Virus record (IMG/VR): IMGVR_UViG_3300009103_000017
Location: 9,907 to 73,906 of that record
Length of the DNA: 64,000 nucleotides
Source: a virus
Strand: one strand, 5' to 3'
Shown: positions 1 through 11,000 of the stretch, one piece after another
Position numbering within the stretch: the stretch's first letter is position 1
Layout: each line of letters starts with the position of its first letter
Notes under the pieces: model-generated
What the model saw: the letters and a program-made list of their open reading frames with translations, nothing else
Database searches by the model: none
What the model was told of the DNA's origin: nothing
Program-made: the position numbers and the translations under genes

Positions 1-2
1 TC

Positions 3-593
3 TCCTATGTCAGAAGCTTGCCCGCGTTTAGGGAATGGCAAAAAGTGATCGTTTCAAGTGATAAAGATTTTTTTCAATTACTTGATGACAACACTGTTTT
101 ATACCGACCTACTCAGGGAGAGGTGTTGAACAAAAATAATATTGTAGAAAAGTATGGAATTCATCCAAATAACTTCGCTCTGGCGCGGGCAATTGCTGGT
201 GATGTTAGTGACAACATTGATGGCCTTAGGGGAGTGGGTTTGAGCACCGTTGCTAAGAGATTTCCATTCTTATGTGAGTCTGAAGGATATTTTGTAGATT
301 CCCTAATCAACTACAGTGAATCGCAGCTAGAAAATTCTTCATTAAAAATATATAAAACAGTTATAGAAGAGGTCCTGCTCTTAAAAAGAAATTATGAGAT
401 AATGCAATTATCTAGTCCCTCAATGTCCATACAAACAAAACAACGCATCGACTCGGTGATAGAGAATTATAATCCAGAGTATAACAAGACGGGCTTATTA
501 ACTATGATGCTCAAGGATGGCGTGGGTGAAATCCGCCTAGATTCCTTGGAACAAACTTTTAACAAAATTAAAATTACTTTCCCCCTTTCCTAG
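3..593 (+). CDS. 5'-3' exonuclease / flap endonuclease (PolI N-terminal or T4 RNase H-like), 5' truncated by the window
   Basis: VIVSSDKDFFQL and AIAGDVSDNIDGLRGVGLSTVAK (H3TH) motifs; frame open from the window start. Confidence 0.9.
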   Translation, partial: SYVRSLPAFREWQKVIVSSDKDFFQLLDDNTVLYRPTQGEVLNKNNIVEKYGIHPNNFALARAIAGDVSDNIDGLRGVGLSTVAKRFPFLCESEGYFVDSLINYSESQLENSSLKIYKTVIEEVLLLKRNYEIMQLSSPSMSIQTKQRIDSVIENYNPEYNKTGLLTMMLKDGVGEIRLDSLEQTFNKIKITFPLS

Positions 594-623
594 GGGAGGA
601 AAGTGTGATAGTATTTAAAAATA

Positions 624-1997
624 ATGAAAAATCAGGAAAACTTTGCCAAATTCGGCAAATCGTTCCAAGAAGATTTATGTCACCTTTTATTGGCTGACCG
701 GCCTTTTGCCGATCAAATGTTTGAAGTATTGGACTTAAATTTTTTGGAACTCAAACATTTGAGAGTGTTCATACAAAAGATAAAATCTTATAGAAGCAAA
801 TACGGCGTACATCCGACTCAAAAAATAATGAGTTCGGTTATAAGGACAGAACTCAGAGAACACTCAGAGTCTATTCGTATCCGAATTCGAGATTACTATG
901 CAAGAGTATTAGCTACAAATGGTCTTCCTGATAGTGCAGAGTATACAAAAGATGTGGCGTTAGATTTCTGTAAAAGACAGAAGCTAAAAGAGGCGCTCAT
1001 CACTTCGGTAGATTTGATAGAGAGGTCCTCTTATGACGAGGTGTCTAAAGTTATAGATGAGGCTTTAAAGCTTGGAAATGATAACAATTTAGGTTACGAC
1101 TATATCATGGATTTCGAAGAAAGATTCCAGCTTAAGGCGCGCAACCCAATTTCCACTGGTTGGAAGCACATCGATGACGCGTCACTCGGCGGCTTGGGTA
1201 AAGGTGAGCTTGGGGTGGTGATTGCTCCAACTGGAGCAGGTAAATCAATGGTACTGGTGCATTTGGGTGCCAGTGCACTCATGGCTGGTAAAAATGTTCT
1301 TCACTATACTTTAGAGCTGGCTGATACAGTCGTAGCGGCCAGATATGATAGTGCTATTACTGGAGTGGAATTAAACAATCTGAGAACCTTTAAAGAGAAA
1401 GTGTACGAAGAAGTGAAAGACATCTCAGGAAGGCTCCTCGTCAAGGAGTATCCGACTAGATCTGCCACTGTGCAAACTATCAAAAATCACCTTGATAAGC
1501 TGAAAAGAAGAGGCTTTGTACCGGACTTAATTATAGTGGATTATGGCGATCTAATAAAGCCAGAGTTTTCGAGAAAAGACGAGAAAAGACACCAGTTGGA
1601 GACTATTTATGAAGAGTTGAGAGGCATGGCTCAAATGAGTGAATGTCCGATATGGACTGCTTCGCAAACAAATCGATCTGGGTTGAATGCGGAAGTAATA
1701 ACGATGGAATCTATTTCGGAAGCTTTTAATAAGTGTTTTGTCGCAGATTTTATTTTTACTGTTTCGAGAACGATAGATGATAAAAATACCAACACTGGTA
1801 GGATCTTTTTAGCGAAAAATAGAAACGGACCCGACGGAGTAATTTATCCTATCTTTATGGATACCGGATGTGTTAAAATAAAGGTATTGGACCCAACAAG
1901 CGAATCTATGGAAGACATAATCAGCAAATCTTCGAAAGAAAGGCTTGAAAATTTAAAACAAAAGTATGCTGATTTCAAGAAAGATAAGAAGGAGTAG
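624..1997 (+). CDS. dnaB: Replicative helicase, DnaB / T4 gp41-like
   Basis: Walker A APTGAGKS, LIIVDYGDL, WTASQTNRSG, AKNRNG. Confidence 0.92.
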   Translation: MKNQENFAKFGKSFQEDLCHLLLADRPFADQMFEVLDLNFLELKHLRVFIQKIKSYRSKYGVHPTQKIMSSVIRTELREHSESIRIRIRDYYARVLATNGLPDSAEYTKDVALDFCKRQKLKEALITSVDLIERSSYDEVSKVIDEALKLGNDNNLGYDYIMDFEERFQLKARNPISTGWKHIDDASLGGLGKGELGVVIAPTGAGKSMVLVHLGASALMAGKNVLHYTLELADTVVAARYDSAITGVELNNLRTFKEKVYEEVKDISGRLLVKEYPTRSATVQTIKNHLDKLKRRGFVPDLIIVDYGDLIKPEFSRKDEKRHQLETIYEELRGMAQMSECPIWTASQTNRSGLNAEVITMESISEAFNKCFVADFIFTVSRTIDDKNTNTGRIFLAKNRNGPDGVIYPIFMDTGCVKIKVLDPTSESMEDIISKSSKERLENLKQKYADFKKDKKE

Positions 1998-2001
1998 TTA
2001 G

Positions 2002-3864
2002 ATGGAGGTGTCGAGTAAAATTCTGTCAGATATAACAGTGCACATGAAGTATGCCAGGTTTTTGCCTAATGAAAATCGTAGAGAAAGTTGGGATGAGCTG
2101 GTGTCACGAAATATGAAGATGCATTTAAAGAAGTTTCCGAATTTAGAAATGGAAATTTATAAAGCGTACAAACTTGTGCATGACAAAAAAGTTCTTCCGT
2201 CTATGAGATCTATGCAATTTGGGGGTAAACCAATCGAAGTTGCCCCAAACAGGATTTTTAATTGCGCCTATATGCCTATTAATGATTGGCGCTCATTTGG
2301 CGAATCTATGTTCTTGCTGCTAGGCGGAACCGGTGTTGGATACAGTGTCCAAAAACATCACGTAGAGGAACTACCAGAAATACAGCTGCCAAATCTAAAG
2401 CGCACCCGCCGATTTTTGGTAAATGACTCAATCGAAGGTTGGGCTGATGCAGTAAAGGCTCTTATGAGGTCTTATTTTTATGGAGGGTCACGCCTTCGAT
2501 TTGATTATTCGGATATACGGCCCAAAGGGGCGCGCCTTATAACGTCTGGAGGTAAGGCTCCAGGCCCCCAGCCGCTTAGGGAATGTTTGGTTAAGATCGA
2601 GGGTATGCTATCGGAGAAAGATAGCGGGGACAAACTAAGCACTATTGAAGTTCATGATATAATTTGCCACATTGCAGACGCTGTGCTTGCTGGTGGAATC
2701 CGTCGCGCCGCCCTGATCTCTCTTTTTTCGGCAGACGATCAAGAGATGATATCTTGTAAAACGGGAAATTGGTGGGAAGCTAATCCCCAGCGCGGCCGCG
2801 CAAACAATTCTGTTGTCTTATTGCGCCACAAGATAGAGAAAGAATACTTTATGGATCTTTGGGAGCGTGTGCGCGCCTCCAACGCCGGCGAGCCCGGGTT
2901 TTATTTCTCCAACGATAAGGACTGGGGGACTAATCCGTGTTGCGAGATAGGTCTTCGACCGTACCAATTTTGCAACTTAACAGAAGTGAATGTTTCGAAT
3001 GTTACAAGTCAGGAGGATCTGGAAGAGAGAGTGCGAGCAGCCGCATTTATTGGAACACTGCAGGCTAGCTATACAGATTTCCATTATTTGCGTGACGTTT
3101 GGCGCCGCACCACAGAGAGGGATGCCCTGATTGGTGTGTCCATGACGGGGATTGCTTCTGGCAGTGTTTTAGAGCTTGACATGCAAGCAGCTGCTTTGGA
3201 GGTGAAGAAGGAAAACAGGAGAGTCGCATTCCAGATCGGAATAAGACCCGCAGCTAGGACCACTTGTGTTAAGCCTGCTGGCACTACTAGCTTGGTTTTA
3301 GGTACATCATCTGGGATCCATGCATGGCATAGTGAGTATTATATTCGCCGTCTTCGAGTTGGAAAGAATGAAGCGATATATGAATATCTTTCAAAGCATC
3401 ATCCCGATCTTGTGGAGGATGAGTATTTTACCCCACACACGACGGCTGTAATATCTGTGCCGCAAAGAGCTCCAGAGGGTGCCATATTGAGGTCGGAATC
3501 ATCCCTTCAGCTTCTGAAGAGGGTGAAAAATGTTTCTGAGCACTGGGTCCGTTCTGGTTTTTCTAAGGGACAAAACACACACAACGTTTCGGCAACCATA
3601 TCAATAAAAGATGCAGAATGGCAAGATGTGGGAGAGTGGATGTGGGAGAATAGGAATAGTTATAACGGCTTGTCAGTTCTCCCTTTTGACGGGGGAACCT
3701 ATGTTCAATCACCGTTTGAGGAGTGTTCAAAAGAGACATACGAAGTTATGATGTCGGCTTTGAATGATGTGGACCTTTTTATGGTAAGTGAAGATGAGGA
3801 TAATACAGATCTTGCAGGTGAAGCCGCGTGTGCAGGGGGAGCATGCGAAGTTAAATTTGTTTAA
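2002..3864 (+). CDS. nrdJ: Class II (B12-dependent) ribonucleotide reductase, monomeric type
   Basis: TNPCCEI, TTCVKPAGTTS, C-terminal ACAGGAC; no small subunit gene adjacent. Confidence 0.9.
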   Translation: MEVSSKILSDITVHMKYARFLPNENRRESWDELVSRNMKMHLKKFPNLEMEIYKAYKLVHDKKVLPSMRSMQFGGKPIEVAPNRIFNCAYMPINDWRSFGESMFLLLGGTGVGYSVQKHHVEELPEIQLPNLKRTRRFLVNDSIEGWADAVKALMRSYFYGGSRLRFDYSDIRPKGARLITSGGKAPGPQPLRECLVKIEGMLSEKDSGDKLSTIEVHDIICHIADAVLAGGIRRAALISLFSADDQEMISCKTGNWWEANPQRGRANNSVVLLRHKIEKEYFMDLWERVRASNAGEPGFYFSNDKDWGTNPCCEIGLRPYQFCNLTEVNVSNVTSQEDLEERVRAAAFIGTLQASYTDFHYLRDVWRRTTERDALIGVSMTGIASGSVLELDMQAAALEVKKENRRVAFQIGIRPAARTTCVKPAGTTSLVLGTSSGIHAWHSEYYIRRLRVGKNEAIYEYLSKHHPDLVEDEYFTPHTTAVISVPQRAPEGAILRSESSLQLLKRVKNVSEHWVRSGFSKGQNTHNVSATISIKDAEWQDVGEWMWENRNSYNGLSVLPFDGGTYVQSPFEECSKETYEVMMSALNDVDLFMVSEDEDNTDLAGEAACAGGACEVKFV

Positions 3865-3872
3865 TTTTTTTC

Positions 3873-3901
3873 TTGATTAAAGGACAAGAATCAGATATAA
3901 T
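3873..3901 (+). promoter_or_regulatory. sigma70-like promoter
   Basis: TTGATT-17 nt-TATAAT upstream of the groES-like gene. Confidence 0.6.
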
Positions 3902-3932
3902 GTTATTATCTAGTTAGAGTTAGGAGTTTTAA

Positions 3933-4256
3933 ATGTCTAAAATATTGCCGGAAACCTTAAAGCCGGTTAATCGTCACCTTTTAGTTATACCACACAGAGC
4001 AGAGAAGAAGACTGAATCGGGAGTTCTGCTGCCAGAAGATTTTAAGCCACAAGAGGACAGGTATGTTGTTGCGACCGTAATGGACGTTGCATCTGATTGC
4101 AATTCTGTATTTAGATGTGTCAGGTCAGCACCCAATACTAGAGTTGTTATAGATAACACTATGGTTGAGGAAGTAAGGGTGAGAAATAAGGTACATTATT
4201 TAATTTTGGAAAACTATGTGGTTGGGCTTTTGAGGAGGCTTGGAAATGAAGATTAG
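3933..4256 (+). CDS. groES: GroES/Cpn10-like co-chaperonin
   Basis: LKPVNRHLLV...EKKTESGVLLP mobile-loop motif; 107 aa. Confidence 0.8.
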   Translation: MSKILPETLKPVNRHLLVIPHRAEKKTESGVLLPEDFKPQEDRYVVATVMDVASDCNSVFRCVRSAPNTRVVIDNTMVEEVRVRNKVHYLILENYVVGLLRRLGNED

Positions 4257-6396
4257 AATAACACCTCTATTGTTTCTTTTAGTGCTTTCTTGCCAAGATC
4301 AAATGGCAGTACCATTCGCTGATGACGCGTCCACAAGTGATTTTTCCCCACAGATTGCAGCCACTGATTTATCCCAGTCCGACGCCACGCCAGATATTGC
4401 CATAATTCAAGCTTGGGACGCGTCCACAACCTTAGACGTGCAGGTGGATTCATCTCCCCCTGTTGTGTGCGAGAGATATGGCTCTAGAGAGTCGTGCCCG
4501 ATAGAGGGTTTGTTGGGTCCCTGTGCACAGGGGCAGAAGACGTGCTTTACTACAAGTTGGTCACAATGCACTCCGGTAAACTTTCCACGCGAAGAGGTGT
4601 GTGATGCCGTTGACAATGACTGTGATGGTAGAGTAAATGAATCCCCGCCGCATCTTGATTCTCAAAATAACATTTTAACTCGTAGTTGTTATGAGGGAGC
4701 ACCCGCGACGTCTAAAAACGGCGTTTGTATGCCTGGAATTTCTATCTGTATGGAGATGTTTCGAGATTCAGACGCCGGCGTCGAATCGTACTATGCTTAT
4801 GGTTCTTGCGAACAGCAGGTCCTCCCATCAGAAGAAGTTTGTGATTCGCTCGATAACGACTGCGATGGAACTACAGACGAGGGGACTCTGAATGTTTGTA
4901 ACGAATGTGGCCCCGACCCTGTTGAAATTTGTGATGGTTTGCAAGTCGACGAAGATTGCGACGGCCAAATTGATGAAAATCTTTTAAACGTCTGCGGTAC
5001 CTGCGGCCCCGACCCTGTCGAAGTTTGTGATACTGTCGACAATGACTGCGATGGCCAGACCGATGAGGGCTTGCTTAACGCATGTGGTGCATGCGGCGAG
5101 CTCCCCCGCGAACTGTGTGACTTTGTCGACAATGATTGCGATGGATTGGTGGATGAGGACTTTGCTGAAGAGGTATGCGCTTGTGAACATCCGGACTATG
5201 TACCTCAGCCAGAGATCTGCGACGGCGCAGATCAAGATTGTGATGGGTTTATAGATGAGGGCCCCGACGGAGGTCCCCTGTCTAAGTTGTGCTCAACTGA
5301 TCTGATTACAAACGAGGTTATAACTTACGACCGACGCGAGGATGGCCCGCAGTATGTCGCTGGTGAGTGCCGCCTTGGGGCCGCTTTCTGTGAGCAGAGG
5401 AGAGATGCTCAAGGTGAATTAAAATATGATTATTTTGAGTGCCAACAGGAAATTCGACCGGGCGTGGAAAGATGCAATGATCAAGACGACGACTGCGATG
5501 GTCTTTCCGATGAGGATTTTCTTCAAGGAAGCGTAGCTGTGATGATGATTGTGGACGTTTCTGGCTCAATGGATGCGGGAGAGTTGAATGCTGCTTTTGA
5601 TGCAACGAGAAATTCAGTGCAGAGGTTGTTCAACGATGGTGTTGTCGATGTCTGTTATATGCTAGCGGTGGTAGGAAATGATGATATGCCTGACCCATAT
5701 CTCTTTTATCCTGGCGACACATGCGTCCCGGGCGTGGAAGACCCACCACAGGTTCCAATAGAAGATATGTTTAATGCGGTCAATACTTTAAGATTGAACC
5801 TTCAGGCGGGAACTGTTAATCAAGGCGGAGCCACGGAAAATACTCTTGATGCCCTCGGGCGCTTTTTCACTGATGACCGAATAGACTGGGACCGCGACGG
5901 AGTAAATGACAATATCCTTTGGAGCACAAATCGCCCTCAAGCTCAAATACAGGGTATTGAGGATTCTTGGGACATCGATTTGAGCCAATACACCCATCGC
6001 ATAGCAATCGTTATTGGAGACGAGCCTGCACAGGGAGCCGAATGGAATAATCATGCAGCTGCATCTGCAATGGCGCATGCTAATGCCATGGCATTTATAA
6101 TAGGGACCCCACAAAATGCCCATAGTTATCAGCCACTTATTGACTTCGGCGCCGTCCATTCAGGCGGCCTGCAGGGGTTTGGCAACCAGAATGAGCAACA
6201 GATTATAGACTCAGTGGTGGAGGCCATTGATGAGGCAGCGTGTATAAACGGCAGGCAAGGTGAGCCACCGGATGATGAAGAGGAAGAACCAGAGCCAGAG
6301 GAACAACAGGGAGCTAACTTACATAACCGCCTTAATGGCGGTTATGCTTTGGTGTCTTATGGGGTATACGATTCTGGGCGCCTAATGTGTTTGTAA
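4246..6396 (+). CDS. Putative lipoprotein with Cys/Asp-rich ExCDxxDxDCDG repeats (MopE-related metal-binding repeat) and a C-terminal vWA domain
   Basis: Lipobox LVLSC; about 7 repeats; MIDAS-like DVSGSM, TEN and IVIGDE. Confidence 0.75.
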   Translation: MKIRITPLLFLLVLSCQDQMAVPFADDASTSDFSPQIAATDLSQSDATPDIAIIQAWDASTTLDVQVDSSPPVVCERYGSRESCPIEGLLGPCAQGQKTCFTTSWSQCTPVNFPREEVCDAVDNDCDGRVNESPPHLDSQNNILTRSCYEGAPATSKNGVCMPGISICMEMFRDSDAGVESYYAYGSCEQQVLPSEEVCDSLDNDCDGTTDEGTLNVCNECGPDPVEICDGLQVDEDCDGQIDENLLNVCGTCGPDPVEVCDTVDNDCDGQTDEGLLNACGACGELPRELCDFVDNDCDGLVDEDFAEEVCACEHPDYVPQPEICDGADQDCDGFIDEGPDGGPLSKLCSTDLITNEVITYDRREDGPQYVAGECRLGAAFCEQRRDAQGELKYDYFECQQEIRPGVERCNDQDDDCDGLSDEDFLQGSVAVMMIVDVSGSMDAGELNAAFDATRNSVQRLFNDGVVDVCYMLAVVGNDDMPDPYLFYPGDTCVPGVEDPPQVPIEDMFNAVNTLRLNLQAGTVNQGGATENTLDALGRFFTDDRIDWDRDGVNDNILWSTNRPQAQIQGIEDSWDIDLSQYTHRIAIVIGDEPAQGAEWNNHAAASAMAHANAMAFIIGTPQNAHSYQPLIDFGAVHSGGLQGFGNQNEQQIIDSVVEAIDEAACINGRQGEPPDDEEEEPEPEEQQGANLHNRLNGGYALVSYGVYDSGRLMCL

Positions 6397-7172
6397 AAGA
6401 TCTGGTAATTGGGAATTCAATTGAGTCACTATTTTTTTCTTTTATAAATGGCTATTTTCATTTGCGCTCATCACCCATGGGGCCCCTGTTTTATGAGACG
6501 TCCGACTATTCTATTTTTGGAACAAGAAACAAGAGGGAGATTTGGAATAAATTGCTATTTTATTTAGCTTTATTGGGCAGGAGCGCTTCACACGAACATC
6601 AGGAAAGGATAGACGTTACCAACAATCAATGCCGAGTCGCATCGAGGGGGTCTGTTGAGATCTATGGATTTGAGAATTGTCACATATTTGATACTTCTGG
6701 TATATCTGTTGAGAATGAGGTAGATAGAATGAATGAGACAAAATTTAGGGTTATAGATGACCTTGAGATAAGAAATATGAGTAGGGATGTGCGTGAGATA
6801 AAATCATTTAGTTTCAGTACAGATTTTGTAAAAGAAGTGCATTTTTATACATCTGGCAGAATTGATGGCGCAAAGCATGTCACAGATTGTGTATCTGAAT
6901 CAGTTTTATCCAAAGAACAGATATATGAATTCGACTATTCGGATACTATGGTTAAATTTAAAATACAGAAAGCTTTAATTGCACATGGATTCAACGGCCG
7001 TATCGCTGGCGTTCTTAAAAATGGAAAGAATAAGTTTTTAAAACCGGAACTCACCCACACTAGACGTATCGTTCAAGAGGTGCCAGATATATCTTATAGA
7101 GATTCAGAAAATATAAGGTTCTTAAGTAAGAATCTAGGACAGATTATTGATGAAGCCACCACCCAAAGGTAG
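6387..7172 (+). CDS. Hypothetical protein
   Basis: 261 aa ORF overlapping both neighbours. Confidence 0.7.
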   Translation: MFVKDLVIGNSIESLFFSFINGYFHLRSSPMGPLFYETSDYSIFGTRNKREIWNKLLFYLALLGRSASHEHQERIDVTNNQCRVASRGSVEIYGFENCHIFDTSGISVENEVDRMNETKFRVIDDLEIRNMSRDVREIKSFSFSTDFVKEVHFYTSGRIDGAKHVTDCVSESVLSKEQIYEFDYSDTMVKFKIQKALIAHGFNGRIAGVLKNGKNKFLKPELTHTRRIVQEVPDISYRDSENIRFLSKNLGQIIDEATTQR

Positions 7173-8001
7173 GACACTAGCGGGTATCATACCTCTTGTT
7201 GGTCAAGAAAGTTCATATGGCATGCCATGGCCGGATTATTTGCAGCCCATTAACAAGAATTATACCGCAGTAGAGAGAAGCGTCTACGAATGTGCTATTG
7301 CTGGGTGTGACAGTATTTGGATTGTCTGCAATGACGATGTGGCTCCTCTGGTGAAAGACAGGGTGGGTGACTATGTTATGGACCCTGTGATATTTGAGCG
7401 GTGGGACTTCATAAGAAATCAGCAGGATCATAAAAAAAATATACCAATTTTTTTCACCCCTGTGCACCAAAAAGATCGCGACAGGAGAGATAGCTTGGGG
7501 TGGTCAGTGATACACGGGGCCCTGATGGCTTTTAAGATTTCTTCGCGCATAAGTAGTTGGTTTTCTCCGAATAAGTATTTCGTCTCTTTTCCTCAGGGAA
7601 TATACGACCCACAAATACTGAAGGGAAACAGGGAACTCATCCGCGGCCGCAACAACTTCTATCTTTCTCACAGATCAGAAACAGTGAGAAATAATAAATT
7701 TTTATCATTCACTTTCACGCCATCAGATTGGCTTTTATATAAACGAAAAGTTAAAAGCAGCTGTACTGGTGGTTCTCCTGCACTTCCAGCTCATAAAAGA
7801 TGGTCTTCTAAGGATTTTACTCTTGACAAAATTTTTAATCATGATAAAATAACAATAGATAGCACAATTGAAACTGATTCCTATTACGCCCTTGACAGTT
7901 GGGAGGGGCTGGAGCAGTATTATAGGTCAGCGTTGAGGATCAGCAGGCCCCCCAAAGCAGTTATAGGTCCTCATAAATTTAAAAAAAGATTGGAAGAATA
8001 A
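7147..8001 (+). CDS. Sugar-phosphate nucleotidyltransferase-like (GT-A fold) protein, divergent
   Basis: N-terminal LAGIIPLVG..., PDYLQPI, AGCDSIWIV resemble the NTP_transferase N-terminus. Confidence 0.55.
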   Translation: MMKPPPKGRTLAGIIPLVGQESSYGMPWPDYLQPINKNYTAVERSVYECAIAGCDSIWIVCNDDVAPLVKDRVGDYVMDPVIFERWDFIRNQQDHKKNIPIFFTPVHQKDRDRRDSLGWSVIHGALMAFKISSRISSWFSPNKYFVSFPQGIYDPQILKGNRELIRGRNNFYLSHRSETVRNNKFLSFTFTPSDWLLYKRKVKSSCTGGSPALPAHKRWSSKDFTLDKIFNHDKITIDSTIETDSYYALDSWEGLEQYYRSALRISRPPKAVIGPHKFKKRLEE

Positions 8002-11000
8002 TGGAAAGAACAGAAAATAGAATCCCCTTTGTGGGGCTGCATGCCCATTCGGTCGCGGGCTCCCCGTTTGATGCTCTCGGGTACCCGCAAGAACATATGG
8101 ACTTCGCATACGAAAATGGAATGTCAGCTCTGGCCCTCACGGACCACGGTAATGCAAACGGCCTTGCATATCAGGTTTTGCACGCTAAAAAAATGGCCTC
8201 AGAGGGAAAGAATTTCAAGCCAATTTTTGGCGTTGAGGCCTACTTCATACCCTCAGTCACTAATTGGAAAAAAGATTATGAGGAAGTCAAATCAAAGGCC
8301 AAGAGGAAATCAGAATACGAAGTTGGTTCTTCTGGCACAACAGTCGAAAACGAGGCCTCAAAAAAGAAAATTAAATCAACACTTAATCGCAGAAGGCATC
8401 TAATATTATTAGCGCAAAATCAGGAGGGCCTTCAAAACATATTTAAAATGATATCAACTTCATATGTGGGGGACAACTTTTACAGATACCCTAGGGTAGA
8501 CTACTCATTGCTGAAGAAGTACAGCGAGGGTGTCATCGCCGCCTCAGCCTGCTTAGGTGGTGTATATGCTGGAGACTATTGGGAAAATCGCGACGAAGGT
8601 TCTGATGCGGTTAAAGAGGCCATGCGAAAGACAACACAAAAAATGCAGTCAATCTTTGGAGACAGGTGGTACGGGGAGTTGCAGTGGAACTCAATACCAG
8701 AACAGCATGAATTGAATAATTATATTATTGATATGCATTATGAGTTCGGAGTAGATTTGATCTCTACCGCCGATAGTCATTATTATTCTCCAGAAGTTTG
8801 GAAAGATCGCGAACTTTATAAGAGGCTAGGATGGCTCGGCCGCGGCCGGCCCGAATACCTCTCGGAAGAATTGCCGGTTTCTGTTGATGAAGTCGGGTAT
8901 GAATTGTATCCAAAGAACGGCGAGCAGATGTGGGAGTCATACAAAAGATATTCTGATAAGTCTGGCATCGAATACGATGATGATTTAATCTTCTCCTCCA
9001 TCATCAGAACCCACGAAATTGCTTTCAAGAGGATAGAAGATTTCATCCCAGATAACACTGTTAGGCTCCCTGATTTTGTGGTCCCAGAGGGTTCAACCCC
9101 AGGTCAAGCTTTGGCGGCATTGTGTGTTGAGGGCGCTCGCTCTCTTAAATTGGCCAACAACCCGGCTTACTCGGAGAGGTTGACGAAGGAGCTAGATGTA
9201 ATAGAGAGCCGCGGCTTTTCGAAATATTTCTTAACGATGAAGGCAATATCCGACAGGGCCATAGAGACGCAACTAGTGGGTCCTGGCCGCGGCTCAGCTG
9301 CGGGATCGCTGGTATCGTATGTCCTTGGTATTACTCAGGTCGACCCACTAAAATACGGCCTTCAATTCGAGAGGTTCCTAACTAAAGGGGGCTCGGGATA
9401 TCCAGATATAGATTATGACGTTTCAGACCCAATGGAACTTAAAGAGAAGCTAATTGAGGAGTGGGGTGACACTACGGTTGTTCCCATAACAAATTGGAAT
9501 ACGTTGCAATTGCGATCCCTCATAAAGGACATTTCAAAATTTTATGGAGTTGAGTTTATGGAGGTGAACAACGTTACCAGTAAAATGGTGTATGAGGCTA
9601 TGCCTCTAGCCAAAAAGGCCAACGGAATCACTGCAGGAGTATACAGTCCGACGTTTGAAGAGTTGATGAAATACTCTTCGACGCTTCAATCTTTTTTAGA
9701 AAAGTATCCAAAAATAAAAACCCACGTTGAGACAATTTATGGCCAAGTTCGTTCCGCATCTCGTCACGCCGGCGGCGTCGTGGTAGGGGAGAACTTAGAT
9801 AATTGGATGCCAATAATTAATAGCGGTGGTGTAAGACAAACTCCATGGTCTGAGGGTCAAAATGTCAGACATTTGGAGCCCATGGGGTTTATTAAGTTTG
9901 ATATCCTCGGGCTCGCCTCTTTAAGAATGATGGAGGGTGCCATCACTCGTATTTTAAAAAGGCACCACAAAGTGGAAAATCCAACGTTTGCGGAAATAAA
10001 AGAATTTTATGACAATAATCTTCACCCAGAGGTGCTCAATCTGTCAGATGAAAAAGTTTGGAAAGAAGTATTTCACAAGGGCAAGTGGGCAGGTATTTTT
10101 CAATTTACTGAAACGGGCGCCCAAGCATTTTGCAAGAATGCAAAACCGAATAACATTACGGATTTGGCTGCCATTACCAGCATCTATAGGCCTGGCCCAC
10201 TTTCAGCTGGTGTAGATAAGATGTATTGTGCGGCGAAAAGCAATCCGGCTGATGTTCAATACATGAATGATTCTTTTCGTGAAGTCACAGAAGAGACTTA
10301 TGGTTTCTTGATTTTTCAAGAACAAATAGCGATGCTTGCACATAAGTTTGGTAAGGATCTAACTCTAGATGAGGGCAACAAGCTGAGAAAACTATTGACA
10401 AAGAAAGGTACAGGCTCAGTGCAGATTCAGAAAGATAGAATTTGGGAAAAGTTTCAAAAAGGGTGCACCGATAAGGATATTCCAAAGTGGCAAGCGAAAG
10501 AGATTTGGGATAAGTTTGAATACTTTTCGGGCTACGGGTTTAATAAATCTCACGCTGTCTCGTATTGTATACTCTCCTTCCAGTGTGCGTGGCTTTTACA
10601 TTATTACACGTCTGAATGGCTAGCAGCATTTTTGGATAAGGAGCCAGAAAAAAGAAAAGAGCGCGCCATATCTACAGCAAAATCTTATGGGTACAAGATT
10701 GAACCACTTAACGTAAATACATCTGGCGCCGTATGGGAAATAGGGGAAGAAAAGACACTGATACAACCCCTTGCCTCTATAAAGGGGCTGGGCGATGCGG
10801 CTATCGCTCAGATCATTAATCATCGGCCATTCGACAATATAGAAGACTTTCTTTTCCATGATGAAGTGAGTTATTCAAAATTAAACAAAAAGGCTCTTGA
10901 CGCGTTGGTTAGGGCAAGGGCTTTAAATTGTTTGATGGATGAACGATTTACTGGTATGAAGCATTTTTGGAGTGCTGTTGCGGTCGACCGCCCCAGAAAA

